Source: Candidatus Krumholzibacteriota bacterium
GTDB lineage: Bacteria > Krumholzibacteriota > Krumholzibacteriia > Krumholzibacteriales > Krumholzibacteriaceae
Length of the DNA: 60,607 nt
Assembly: GCA_030667985.1 (NCBI GenBank)
Contig: DAOUUU010000004.1
Coordinates: forward strand, 1 to 60,607
Direction of reading: 5' to 3'
Within the stretch, counting starts at the first letter, position 1; every line of letters starts with the position of its first letter. This document shows positions 16,309 through 26,226 of the stretch, piece by piece. A program made the position numbers and the translations under genes. Below the pieces are notes generated by a model that searched no databases, was not told the DNA's origin, and saw only the letters and a program-made list of their open reading frames with translations.

Positions 16309-17874
16309 CTAAAGCTCGAGGTAGAGTTGGTTGTCTTCGCTGCGGCTCTCGTTGATCGAGCTGACACGCACGGCTGGTAGGTCTATGACTGGACACTTGT
16401 TCTCGCAGATGCCGCAGCCGGTGCAGAGGGCGGGCTTTACGATTGGCTTCTTGAGTATAAATAGATTCCCCTCCTCGTCGACCGCTTCCTCCTCGATAAA
16501 CTGGATCGCCTTCTCCGGCACTGGGCAGTGCTCCTCGCAGACGATGCAGTTGCGGCCGTAGACGTAGGGGATGCACCTGTTCTTGTCGAACATCGCGAGG
16601 CCGATACGTAACTCCTGCTTCTCCTCGACTGTGACCTTCCTGATCGCTCCTGTGGGGCAGACCTGCGAGCAGAGATTGCAGTTGTACTCGCAGTAGCCTA
16701 GAACAGGGACCAGTACAGGCGTCCACATTCCCTCGAGCCCCGCCTCCATGAAGGTGGGGTGAAGGCCGTTGGTGAGACAGACCTTCATGCACTCGCCGCA
16801 CTTTACGCACGTGCGTATAAACTCCTTCTCTGGCAGAGCGCCGGGTGGCCTGATAAGAAGCGGGTGGGGACGCTTGCTAGCGATCCCGATACTAACCGCC
16901 GGTACCATTGCGAGTGCACAGGCGCCGCTCGTTACGATCCAGCGCCGCCTGAGGTCGACATTGCCTGTGCCGGTCACTTTTGTCGTAGCATGTATCCTGA
17001 TCGCATCGGCGGGGCAGACCTCCCGGCAGTTGTAGCATACGAGGCACTCACGGCTCGCCCACTCACCCGTTGGAAACGGCGTCGCGTCCCCCTGACAGGC
17101 GACTGTACACTTCCTGCAGCTTATGCACTTGTGACCGTCTACATCGACCCTCGCCGCCATCTGCTTCCATCCGATCAAGCCCAGGAGCCCTCCCAATGGG
17201 CAGAGGTAGCGGCACCAGAAGCGCGGCGCCAGAAGGTTGAGGCCGAGTATCACGGTGAAGATCAGGCCGATGAATATCGTCTGTCTGAAGACGGGCTGCT
17301 CGAATGCGAGTACCGTCCCGATCATTGCCGAGTAGAGCGTGTCGAGCGCCGGGCTTATACCGGGGATTCCGAGCGAGTAGTTGAAGTCGAAGATGGCGCG
17401 CACCATCTTGTTTACGACCGGGTTGTATCCGATGGCGAATGAGCGGATCGTAAGCGAGATGGGATCGAGAAATCCCGCCGTGTTCCATCCGAAGACAGCC
17501 GCTACCAGAACGAAGGCCAGGATGTAATATTTAATAGGCCGCAGGCCAGGGAAGCGTCCCTCGTTCTTTATCGGCTGGGCCCGCTTCATCTTGAACCATC
17601 CGACGATCGTGTTGAGCGTTCCGAGGGGGCAAACCCACCCGCAGAAGAACCTGCCCAGGAAAATCGTGAGAACGACGACGACCAGAGAGAGCAGGAACAT
17701 CGCCTGGACCTTGTGGGCGGCGAGCAACGAGCTCAATGCGATTAGAGGATCGAAATCGAGGAAGAGCTTGACCGGCATACCGAGCTCGTTGTTCCCCTTG
17801 TACTCGGTCTGTATGAAGAGGACGATAAAGAAAGCGAGAAACAAGATCTGTGATGTCCGGCGAAGGTTTTTCAT
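16309..17874 (-). CDS. Membrane polyferredoxin, NapH/MauN-like domain fused to NapG/MauM-like domain
   Basis: GRFFCGWVCP and RFWCRYLCP motifs, several CxxCxxCxxxC(P) clusters, and IRPPGA at the start of the NapG-like half. Confidence 0.9.
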   Translation of the reverse strand: MKNLRRTSQILFLAFFIVLFIQTEYKGNNELGMPVKLFLDFDPLIALSSLLAAHKVQAMFLLSLVVVVLTIFLGRFFCGWVCPLGTLNTIVGWFKMKRAQPIKNEGRFPGLRPIKYYILAFVLVAAVFGWNTAGFLDPISLTIRSFAIGYNPVVNKMVRAIFDFNYSLGIPGISPALDTLYSAMIGTVLAFEQPVFRQTIFIGLIFTVILGLNLLAPRFWCRYLCPLGGLLGLIGWKQMAARVDVDGHKCISCRKCTVACQGDATPFPTGEWASRECLVCYNCREVCPADAIRIHATTKVTGTGNVDLRRRWIVTSGACALAMVPAVSIGIASKRPHPLLIRPPGALPEKEFIRTCVKCGECMKVCLTNGLHPTFMEAGLEGMWTPVLVPVLGYCEYNCNLCSQVCPTGAIRKVTVEEKQELRIGLAMFDKNRCIPYVYGRNCIVCEEHCPVPEKAIQFIEEEAVDEEGNLFILKKPIVKPALCTGCGICENKCPVIDLPAVRVSSINESRSEDNQLYLEL

Positions 17875-17879
17875 TCAGT

Positions 17880-18785
17880 CTATCCCAGGCTGATTTCTTT
17901 GAGGCCCATGTTCAGAAAATCGGCCGTGCCGAGGCCGCGTTCCGCGCCGATTCTTATATGCTCGAACTCGGCTGGATCTTTGCCAAAGAGGGTGGCGCCG
18001 AAGGCGTCTATCGCGACAGGGTCCGTGCTCGCGGCGACAGTGTCTAGCTTCTTGACGTCCTTCATCGTTCCCGAAGCCGGACCGCGGGCGGTGAGTATCC
18101 TGTTCGCGTCCAATATGTTGAGTGTGGGTTTAAAGTAGGCGGCGAGATCGACACAGCTCTCGGGGAGCTTCTGGTGCAGGCGGTTTCTCGCTCCGCCGAT
18201 CAGCCCCATCAGGTTCTTCATCGAGAGGGTGAGGCCGGATAGCCCGTGGTGCTTCGCGATCGGAATATTAATAATCTTGTCCGCCTCGATGACGTCCCCG
18301 TAGACCTCCCACTCCTTTAGCACCTCTCCGCCTAGATTCACCTTTTTGAACTTGCGATCCTCCATGAAGCCGACATCGGCTCCCGCCTTCTTCGCCGCGT
18401 CCTGTATACCGCTCCGTTTGTAGCACCGACGGGCGTCGTTGCAGGTATTGTCGGCGACCAGGACCTTCTTGGCTCCGGCCTCCCTGGCCATCTCTATGAC
18501 GGTGCTGACGACGAGCGGATTGGTCGTCGCGGCCTGCTCGGGCACCCGGTCCCACGAAATGTTGGGTTTCACGAAGACCACGTCGCCCTTCGAAACGAAA
18601 GAGCCCATACCTCCCAGCAGCTCGACCGCCTTTCTCGTCGTCGCCGCGATATCGGTCCCCTTGACGATCGACATGTTGATCTTATCCGCCTGGCCGAGCG
18701 TGAAGGCCCTGAGGCTATCAATCGACAGCAGGCTGCCCGCCGCGCCGCCAGCCAGTATCTGTAGGAATGTCCTTCTGTCCAACAT
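17880..18785 (-). CDS. DUF362-domain protein with Tat signal
   Basis: DRRTFL twin-arginine signal; VKPN, TTNP, KHH..TLSMKN and DPVAID motifs. Confidence 0.9.
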   Translation of the reverse strand: MLDRRTFLQILAGGAAGSLLSIDSLRAFTLGQADKINMSIVKGTDIAATTRKAVELLGGMGSFVSKGDVVFVKPNISWDRVPEQAATTNPLVVSTVIEMAREAGAKKVLVADNTCNDARRCYKRSGIQDAAKKAGADVGFMEDRKFKKVNLGGEVLKEWEVYGDVIEADKIINIPIAKHHGLSGLTLSMKNLMGLIGGARNRLHQKLPESCVDLAAYFKPTLNILDANRILTARGPASGTMKDVKKLDTVAASTDPVAIDAFGATLFGKDPAEFEHIRIGAERGLGTADFLNMGLKEISLG

Positions 18786-19056
18786 GTTGCCCTGCCTTTG
18801 CTGTGTAAGAGTGCTTTTGCATCATATCATTATAATACCGGTTTTAACCCCCGTAAAGTGTAAACCCGCCTGGAGCGGCCCGAGTTCCAACGCTTGCCGC
18901 TCCATCCTATATAATGATAAATCCCGAGATTAGATTAACGTTAAGTGGTGTTTTATGTTTGCGCTACTAGCGTAGAGCGATTATTCTTACCATCGATTGT
19001 GGGGAGCCGGGCGCTGGATCCGGCATACTGGACCCGCTTCGACTGGGAGAGCAATA

Positions 19057-20244
19057 ATGGCGGACAAAGCGACATTTCATCCCAAGACCTTTTACCGGAA
19101 GCTCGACGCTCTACTGTTGCGGATAGAGGAGGGGGCCTCGACAGAGGAGCTCGTCTCACTCGTGCTCGAGGAGCTGGTCGGTTCCTTCGGGAGCGACCTC
19201 GGCATCGTAAACGGTTGTTTCTACAGGCGTCGGGTCGGCTTCTTCGGGCTCGTGAATAGACCTGTAGGCCAATGCGACTCGGTGAGCCCCGCCACTATCT
19301 ACCTCGGTTCAGAGGCGATGGATCTTCTCGCTCAGCACAAGAGCTACATCTTCACAGATACGATCGTCCCTCCATGGGGCAACAACAGCGTGGCCGTCCT
19401 GGTAGGCGAAGAGGACGAGTATCTGCTCATCTTCATGCTGGACGACGAGTGGGTGCGCGAGACGCTCGAATTCAGTCTTAACACGATCCGAAGCACCCTG
19501 AACTTCAGCAGATCGACGAGCCGCCTGCGCGCCGACCTCGAGGAGGCGGATGAGATCCAGCGGAGCCTGCTTCCCATCAAGGATCCGGAGTTCGAAGGGT
19601 ACGATATATCAGGCCGTTCTATTCCGGCCGAGCTCGTGGGTGGGGACCTCTTCGATTATCAGGACCTCGCCGACCACGTTCTGGGCCTCGCAATAGGCGA
19701 CGCGAGCGGTCACGGCTTGCCGGCAGCGCTTGTGGCGCGCGATGTGGTGACAGGCCTACGAATGGGAATGGAGCACGAGCTCAAGATATCTGGTGTGATA
19801 CACAAGCTGAACCGTGTGATCAACAGAAGCCGCCTTTCAACCAAGTTTATCTCGCTTGTCTACGGGGAGTTGGAGAGAAACGGGACCTTCGTTTATGTGA
19901 ACGCGGGCCATCCACCTCCCTATCTGATCAAAAAGGACTCGGTCGAGCCGCTCGCCACCGGAGGGACGATTCTCGGTCCGATCAAGGATACGATCTTCAA
20001 ACGCGGGTTTGCCTTTATCGACCCGGAGGATGTGCTGGTGTTCTTTACCGATGGGGTCATCGAGCGTGTGGACGCGGACGGCGAGATCTTCGGCGAGGAG
20101 CGTCTAGTGGAGTTCGTAGAGAAGAACAGGAAGAGGGAAGCACGTGAGATCATCGACCGCCTCTTTAAGCACCTGGACGAGTTTGGCGGCAAGGATAAGT
20201 GGCGGGACGACGCTACATTGATGATCCTCAAGCGGCTCGACTAA
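19057..20244 (+). CDS. PP2C/SpoIIE (RsbU-like) serine phosphatase
   Basis: IQRSLLP, GGDLFD, DASGHG, NAGH, FTDG and DDAT; start at MADK after GGGAG. Confidence 0.93.
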   Translation: MADKATFHPKTFYRKLDALLLRIEEGASTEELVSLVLEELVGSFGSDLGIVNGCFYRRRVGFFGLVNRPVGQCDSVSPATIYLGSEAMDLLAQHKSYIFTDTIVPPWGNNSVAVLVGEEDEYLLIFMLDDEWVRETLEFSLNTIRSTLNFSRSTSRLRADLEEADEIQRSLLPIKDPEFEGYDISGRSIPAELVGGDLFDYQDLADHVLGLAIGDASGHGLPAALVARDVVTGLRMGMEHELKISGVIHKLNRVINRSRLSTKFISLVYGELERNGTFVYVNAGHPPPYLIKKDSVEPLATGGTILGPIKDTIFKRGFAFIDPEDVLVFFTDGVIERVDADGEIFGEERLVEFVEKNRKREAREIIDRLFKHLDEFGGKDKWRDDATLMILKRLD

Positions 20245-20684
20245 TCCGATCTGCCGGTAATCCCATCCAGAAAATCATCGATCCGACGGGAGATTTCGTC
20301 CCTGATCGCTCTGAAAGCGGATATCCGATCCTCTTTACTGCCGGTGACCGCCGCAGGATCGGTCAGGCTCCAGTGAATCCTCACCGCATCGCCGGGAAAA
20401 TATGGGCACTCGTCCCTCGCGTTGTCGCAGAGAGTGATGATGTAATTGAAGCCCTCGCCGAGAAATCGCTTTACATCCTTCGGCTCGGCCGCCGCGATGT
20501 CGATCTTGATCTCAGCAAGGGCCTTGACGGCAAGCGGGTGCAAAGCGTCCTTCGGCCTCGAGCCGGCGCTCACTATATTCATTGAGCCGCCGGAACAGGC
20601 TCGGAGAAGCCCTTCGGCCATCTGGCTCCTCGCCTGGTTACCAGTGCAGAGGAAGAGTACTTTATGCTTTTTTTCGGGCTTCAT
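20241..20684 (-). CDS. arsC: Thioredoxin-type arsenate reductase / LMW-PTP family
   Basis: CTGNQARSQMAE P-loop, ITLCDNARDECP and HWSLTDP; start at MKPE assumed. Confidence 0.85.
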   Translation of the reverse strand: MKPEKKHKVLFLCTGNQARSQMAEGLLRACSGGSMNIVSAGSRPKDALHPLAVKALAEIKIDIAAAEPKDVKRFLGEGFNYIITLCDNARDECPYFPGDAVRIHWSLTDPAAVTGSKEDRISAFRAIRDEISRRIDDFLDGITGRSD

Positions 20685-20750
20685 TTCGTCTAGTATAGTG
20701 CGATATTGCTGAAATTCAACAATCAATGATCGATACGCGGAGGCTGTGAG

Positions 20751-23189
20751 ATGAGCAAAGTATCAAAAATAAAGGAATTGCCCGTTAGCAAGCTTCGTTG
20801 GACTTGTCCGGCAAAGCTGTTGAAGTTCAAGACTACGGCTGATATCAAGCCGTGTATCGACATCATCGGGCAGGACCGCGCGCTCGAGGCGATCAAGATG
20901 GGGCTCGAGCTCGAGCACAGGGGCTATAACATCTTCATCACGGGCCTCGTGGGAACCGGTCGCACTACTACGATCAAGCGTCTTCTCGAGCAGCTCGAGA
21001 GGAAGGAGCCGATCCCGCCCGATATATGCTACCTGAACAGTTTCAAGAATCAGAATTTGCCCACATGCATAGAGCTCGAAGCGGGTCACGGCATAAAGCT
21101 CGCGGCCGATATGGACAATCTGATATTCGATCTGCTGCAGAAGATACCGGCCGTCTTCGAGAGTGATTACTACAAGGAGCGCCGCAAGGAGCTCATCGAG
21201 GAGATACAGGAGAAGCAGAGGGCGATTATCGGCACCTTTGAAGAGAGGATCAACAAAGAGGGCTTTACGATGATCCGCATACAGGTCGGCCCGATCATCA
21301 AACCGGAGCTCGTACCGACGATAGACGGCAACGCGATGAACTTTGCGCAGCTGACCCAGCTAGTGGAGGAGGGGAAGTTTCCCGAGAAGCGTATCGAAGA
21401 GCTCAAGGAGACGGCGATCGAGCTCAACGAAGAGATGGCGAATGTGTATACGCAGGTGAGGGACCTGGAGAGGGAGCTGCAGAGGATCATGGAGAAGCTC
21501 GACCGCGAGACGGTTCAGCCGCTCGTGCACGACCTGATCCAGGAGATCACACAACGGCACAAGAACGAAGCGCTCACCAAGGCATTGGCTGGTTTCGAGA
21601 ACGCCTTCATGAACAAGCTTGATCTCTTCCGCCCCAACGACGGGGAAGAGGAGACCAAGTCGAAGGTGGCTCTGACAGATCCCGGCTCTGCAGAGGATCC
21701 TTTCAGGGAGTTTCGAGTCAATATCGTCGTTGATAACTCGGAGACAAAGGCTCCTCCCGTGATCATCGAGAACTTTCCGAGCTTAAGGAATGTCTTCGGC
21801 GCCATCGAGCGCGACTTCGCGTTCGGCGGCATGGTGAAGGCGGATCACATGAGTATACAGGCCGGCTCCTTCCACAGAGCCAATGGCGGGTACCTCGTGA
21901 TGAACGCTCTCGATACCCTTATCGAGCCTGGTGTCTGGAAGATTCTGAAACGAACACTCAAGAGCGCGGAGGCGGTGATCCAGAGCTACGATCCATGGAC
22001 GCTCATGGGATCTTCCGCCCTAAAGCCCGAACCGATGCAGGTGAAGGTGAAGATAGTGCTCATCGGTGACGCTTACCTGTACTACATGCTCCAGGCGCAC
22101 GACGACGAGTTCCGCAAGATATTCAAAATACGGGCCGATTTCGACCGGGAGGTCGACAACAAAGCTGGTGTTATCAAGCAGTACGCGGGTTTCATCCGTA
22201 CCCTCTGCGACCGTGAGGAGCTGTCCTGCTTCGATAGGAGCGGAGTGGCGGCGATCGTCGAGTACGGAGTCCGTCTGGCGGGAAGGCAGAACAAGCTCTC
22301 GACGAGATTCAGCGAGATAGCCGATATGATACGCGAATCCGATTTTCAGGCCCGCAGCGAAAAGAGCAAGAACGTCAAACGGGAACATGTACAGAAGGCT
22401 TTCGACGCGAGGGTCAAGAGGGCAAACCTGATGGAAGAGAAGATTCAGGAGCGTATCGACGACGGGACGCTCATGATAGATACGAAAGGCGCCGTGGTGG
22501 GACAGGTGAACGGGCTCAGCGTCTACAATATGGGAGATTATATGTTCGGCCGGCCGTCACGCATCACGGCCCGCACGTCCCTCGGAAACTCGGGGGTCAT
22601 CAACATAGAGCGTGAAGCCGATATGAGCGGGCGTACACATAACAAGGGAGTGCTCATCCTGGCCGGCTACCTGAGGGGTAAATTCGGCGGCGAGCATCCG
22701 CTCGTGATGAGCGCGAGCCTCTGCTTCGAGCAGTCATATGGAGGTGTCGATGGGGACAGCGCCAGCTCGACCGAGCTGTACGCCATACTTTCGAGCATCT
22801 CCGAGCTGCCTCTGCGCCAGGATCTGGCCGTGACCGGCTCGATAAACCAGAAGGGGGAGATCCAGCCTATCGGCGGCGTGAATGTGAAGATCGAGGGATT
22901 CTTCAAGGTCTGCAAGGCGCGGGGGTTAAAAGGAACCGAAGGGGTCATCATACCGCACCAGAACGTGCGGGACCTGATGCTCAATGACGAAGTCGTCGAG
23001 GCTGTCGGCAAGAGTAAGTTCCATATCTATCCTATCAAAAACGTCGACGAGGGGATCTCGCTCCTGACCGGCGTTTCGGGCGGCAGGATGCTGAAGAGCG
23101 GAAGGTACTCGAAGGATTCCGTGAACGATCTAGTTCAACTGAGGTTTATAGAGATGGCCCGGCTCTTTAAGGGATTCAAGAAGGAGTAG
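20751..23189 (+). CDS. LonC-like S16 protease (AAA-like domain with coiled-coil insert)
   Basis: IIGQDRA, GLVGTGRT, HRANGGYL, GQVNGL, catalytic GDSAS and KIEGF. Confidence 0.92.
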   Translation: MSKVSKIKELPVSKLRWTCPAKLLKFKTTADIKPCIDIIGQDRALEAIKMGLELEHRGYNIFITGLVGTGRTTTIKRLLEQLERKEPIPPDICYLNSFKNQNLPTCIELEAGHGIKLAADMDNLIFDLLQKIPAVFESDYYKERRKELIEEIQEKQRAIIGTFEERINKEGFTMIRIQVGPIIKPELVPTIDGNAMNFAQLTQLVEEGKFPEKRIEELKETAIELNEEMANVYTQVRDLERELQRIMEKLDRETVQPLVHDLIQEITQRHKNEALTKALAGFENAFMNKLDLFRPNDGEEETKSKVALTDPGSAEDPFREFRVNIVVDNSETKAPPVIIENFPSLRNVFGAIERDFAFGGMVKADHMSIQAGSFHRANGGYLVMNALDTLIEPGVWKILKRTLKSAEAVIQSYDPWTLMGSSALKPEPMQVKVKIVLIGDAYLYYMLQAHDDEFRKIFKIRADFDREVDNKAGVIKQYAGFIRTLCDREELSCFDRSGVAAIVEYGVRLAGRQNKLSTRFSEIADMIRESDFQARSEKSKNVKREHVQKAFDARVKRANLMEEKIQERIDDGTLMIDTKGAVVGQVNGLSVYNMGDYMFGRPSRITARTSLGNSGVINIEREADMSGRTHNKGVLILAGYLRGKFGGEHPLVMSASLCFEQSYGGVDGDSASSTELYAILSSISELPLRQDLAVTGSINQKGEIQPIGGVNVKIEGFFKVCKARGLKGTEGVIIPHQNVRDLMLNDEVVEAVGKSKFHIYPIKNVDEGISLLTGVSGGRMLKSGRYSKDSVNDLVQLRFIEMARLFKGFKKE

Positions 23190-23214
23190 GGCGAAGCATC
23201 AGAGGGAGAAGAAT

Positions 23215-24210
23215 ATGCCCGAGATAAGGCAGAACCCGGCTACGAAGGAATGGGTCATCATCGCTACCGAAAGGGCCAAACGCCCCGAGGATTTCCTGAA
23301 AGATGACGCCCGAGCGATAGAGCTTCCGAAGCATGACGAGGATTGTCCCTTCTGTACAGGGAACGAGAAGCTGACGCCGCCTGAGATCATGTCGAAGAAA
23401 ACGAAGAACGGCGACTGGAGTCTAAGGGTGGTCCCGAACAAATTCGCGGCGCTTGTACCAGAGGGCGAAGCGGTCAGGGAAGAGGATTCGGATTTCTTCA
23501 GGAGCATGGAAGGGGTGGGACAACACGAGGTCGTGATAGAGACGCCGGTGCACAACCTCTCCTTTGGTCAGTACAGCGACCGCAAGATGACAGAGATCGT
23601 CACAGCATTCAGGGAGCGTTACGTTGACCTGACAAAAGACGAACGTTTCAAGTTGATCAAGATATTCAGAAACAACGGAAAAGCGGCGGGTACATCGTTG
23701 GAACACCCGCACTCACAGATAGTGGCGACGCCGGTCGTGCCGTTACACATCCGGCACAGGCTAGAGGCCGCGACGAGGTATTACGACGATCACGGAGCTT
23801 GTGTTTTTTGCAGGATGATAGAGATGGAGATAAAGGAGAAGTCGCGCGTCGTTATCGACGACGACCGGTTTCTTGTCATAGAGCCTTTCGCAGCACGGGT
23901 CCCGTTCGAGACATGGGTACTCCCGAAGGAGCATAGGGCGACGTACGGAGAAGTGAACAACTCGGAGCTCAAGGATTTTGCCAGGGTGCTGAACAGGGTT
24001 TCGGAGAAGCTCTACAGGGGGCTCTCGAATCCTGCTTACAACCTCGTCATCCGGACCGCGCCCTCGGGGGAGGAGGGGGAAGAGTACTATCACTGGCACG
24101 TGCAGATCATTCCCCGCCTCACGACGCCGGCGGGATTCGAGCTAGGAACCGGCGTTTACATCAATACGACATTACCCGAGGCGACCGCCAAGTTTCTGAG
24201 GAGCGTGTAG
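23215..24210 (+). CDS. galT: Galactose-1-phosphate uridylyltransferase family
   Basis: WVIIATERAKRP, CPFC, NKF, GTSLEHPHSQ and YHWH. Confidence 0.92.
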   Translation: MPEIRQNPATKEWVIIATERAKRPEDFLKDDARAIELPKHDEDCPFCTGNEKLTPPEIMSKKTKNGDWSLRVVPNKFAALVPEGEAVREEDSDFFRSMEGVGQHEVVIETPVHNLSFGQYSDRKMTEIVTAFRERYVDLTKDERFKLIKIFRNNGKAAGTSLEHPHSQIVATPVVPLHIRHRLEAATRYYDDHGACVFCRMIEMEIKEKSRVVIDDDRFLVIEPFAARVPFETWVLPKEHRATYGEVNNSELKDFARVLNRVSEKLYRGLSNPAYNLVIRTAPSGEEGEEYYHWHVQIIPRLTTPAGFELGTGVYINTTLPEATAKFLRSV

Positions 24211-24327
24211 CCCAAGGGAGTGGATCCGCTGTCAAAGCGCCGGTCCGCGGGCTCGTTTTAACGTGAAAACACTCTGGAACGGATACGGTGTTGTATGTGT
24301 ACAAACAAGACATAAAAGGAGGAATCG

Positions 24328-25626
24328 ATGTCATCGATGAATATCAGATCTATAATGCTGCTCAGCCTGGGCCTTTTCGTTCTCTCTCTTTTGGGATGTG
24401 GCTCAAAAGACGAGAAACTCCCCGATGTTCCGATCGGAGTAAACCTGGTAAAGAATTCTTCATTCGAGCAATGGATCGGCGATGTACCGAGGGACTGGGA
24501 GCTGAGGATGTACGGGGAGGAGGGGGAGAATAGGGTCTATTACGGCAGATCCTCGGAGCAGAAGAATACGGAGAATTATTCCTTCTATATCAGGGGTGTT
24601 TACAATACGGACGAGTGGTATCTTTTGGTCCAGCGCGTGCCGATCATTCCAGATTACATGACCACCTTCTCCGGCGCCATGAGTTCGAAAAACGTCAAGC
24701 TCAACGATGGACAGGAACGGCGGGCGAACATCTTCGTCAACTTTCTCGATCGCGATGGCAATAGGATCAATGACCGCGGGTATGCCGACGCGCTTACGCC
24801 GAGCAGGCGGGAATCGACTCACTGGTCGATTGACAAGAGAACGGTGAGAGCGCCTCGAAACGCCTATTATGCGGAAATAGGAGTCATCAACTCGCAGACC
24901 GGATTCATGTTCTTCGATGATATCGAACTTGTTATCGAGGAGCCGATTCCATGGAAGAGCAAGGACAGCAAGTATATCACATATTATTTTCTCGAGGGTA
25001 ATCCCATGCCGAAGGAGGCCATAGATAGAGAGACGGCTCTCATAGAGGATTACGCCAAGCGCCTCGGCATCAAGGTCGAGGAAAAATTGAAATATTTCTA
25101 TTACCCGTCCGAGGATCAGCTTCAGAAGATCCTCGGCATACGCAAGGGTCATCAGAGGGCTCTCTGGGAGCGTAAGGAACTCCATACGACCGAACAGTAT
25201 GAGGACCATATCGTTATCCACCTGCTCCTGGCGCACTTTGGATACCCCCCATACGGTATCGGTGAGGGTATCGTCTTTGCTCTAATAGGGAACTGGTTCG
25301 GCCAGGATCTCCATCTCTACTCGAAGACCTACCTGATGGAGCTCAAGATACCTCCGCTCTTCAAGGTGCTTACCGTGCAGGAGATAAACGAAGCCGACGG
25401 GGAGATCATAATCCCGGCCTGGGGCTCGTTCTGTACATATCTGATCGACAAGTACGGCATGGAGACCTTTATGCAACTCTACAGGCGTACGGACGGCATA
25501 GAGGATTCGGGCGCTTTCAATGTGCATTTCAAGGATCTCTACGGTGAGGACTTCCCCGTCGTCGACAGAGAGTGGAGACTACATATCCTGCGGTATCAGG
25601 GAGAAGCGAAAGAAGGAGAGTCATAA
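24328..25626 (+). CDS. Lipoprotein with CBM/galactose-binding-like domain and peptidase-MA-like domain lacking the catalytic Glu
   Basis: LLGC lipobox; NLVKNSSFE...FFDDIEL jelly-roll pattern; HIVIH...PPYGIGEG...SFCTYLIDKYG. Confidence 0.65.
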   Translation: MSSMNIRSIMLLSLGLFVLSLLGCGSKDEKLPDVPIGVNLVKNSSFEQWIGDVPRDWELRMYGEEGENRVYYGRSSEQKNTENYSFYIRGVYNTDEWYLLVQRVPIIPDYMTTFSGAMSSKNVKLNDGQERRANIFVNFLDRDGNRINDRGYADALTPSRRESTHWSIDKRTVRAPRNAYYAEIGVINSQTGFMFFDDIELVIEEPIPWKSKDSKYITYYFLEGNPMPKEAIDRETALIEDYAKRLGIKVEEKLKYFYYPSEDQLQKILGIRKGHQRALWERKELHTTEQYEDHIVIHLLLAHFGYPPYGIGEGIVFALIGNWFGQDLHLYSKTYLMELKIPPLFKVLTVQEINEADGEIIIPAWGSFCTYLIDKYGMETFMQLYRRTDGIEDSGAFNVHFKDLYGEDFPVVDREWRLHILRYQGEAKEGES

Positions 25627-25629
25627 GGC

Positions 25630-26118
25630 ATGGCCATGGAATTCTCGCACTGCCCGATGTGCGGGGCGGTGCTGGCGCCGTTCGATGAGGGCGGGCGCCG
25701 CCGCATGAAGTGCGGCGGATGCGGTTTCATCCAGTACTTGAATCCATCTTCGGCGGTCGGTGTTCTCATCCTGACCGACGAGGGAGTGCTCCTGGTCAAG
25801 CGGCGGTTCGAACCATACAAGGGAAAGTGGGTCATCCCGAGCGGATTCATAGAGTATGAGGAGGATATGAGGGAGGCCGCGGTGCGGGAGACCCTCGAGG
25901 AGACCGGGCTCGAGGTCGAGCTAACGGGCCTCCATGCCGCCGAATCGTGCTTCGACGATCCACGCGGCAATACTATCCTGGTTCTGTTCAATGGCAGGAT
26001 CACCGGCGGCACGCTCGAACCGGGCGATGACGCCGACGGGGCCGCGTTCTTTCCCCTGGAACGGCTCCCCGACATCGCGTTCGAGGCTCACAGAAAAGTG
26101 CTCTCAGGGCTTTCGTGA
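25630..26118 (+). CDS. NUDIX hydrolase with N-terminal zinc ribbon
   Basis: CPMCG and CGGCG; Nudix box GFIEYEEDMREAAVRETLEETG. Confidence 0.93.
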   Translation: MAMEFSHCPMCGAVLAPFDEGGRRRMKCGGCGFIQYLNPSSAVGVLILTDEGVLLVKRRFEPYKGKWVIPSGFIEYEEDMREAAVRETLEETGLEVELTGLHAAESCFDDPRGNTILVLFNGRITGGTLEPGDDADGAAFFPLERLPDIAFEAHRKVLSGLS

Positions 26119-26226
26119 GCGCGCCTTGCGTTTTTCTATCTTCCAGACCAAAGAGACAACCGTTATGAATCCGCCCCAGACGAGGGAGCAGATCACTATC
26201 ATAAAGGCGATCGCCTGAGCGGTCAT
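26104..26226 (-). CDS. MetS-like small subunit of the NSS transporter (40 aa, not in ORF track)
   Basis: MTAQAIAFMIVICSLVWGGFITVVSLVWKIEKRKARSRKP*; ATGA overlap with the stop of the NSS gene; GGAG SD; WGG motif with a basic tail. Confidence 0.8.
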   Translation of the reverse strand: MTAQAIAFMIVICSLVWGGFITVVSLVWKIEKRKARSRKP

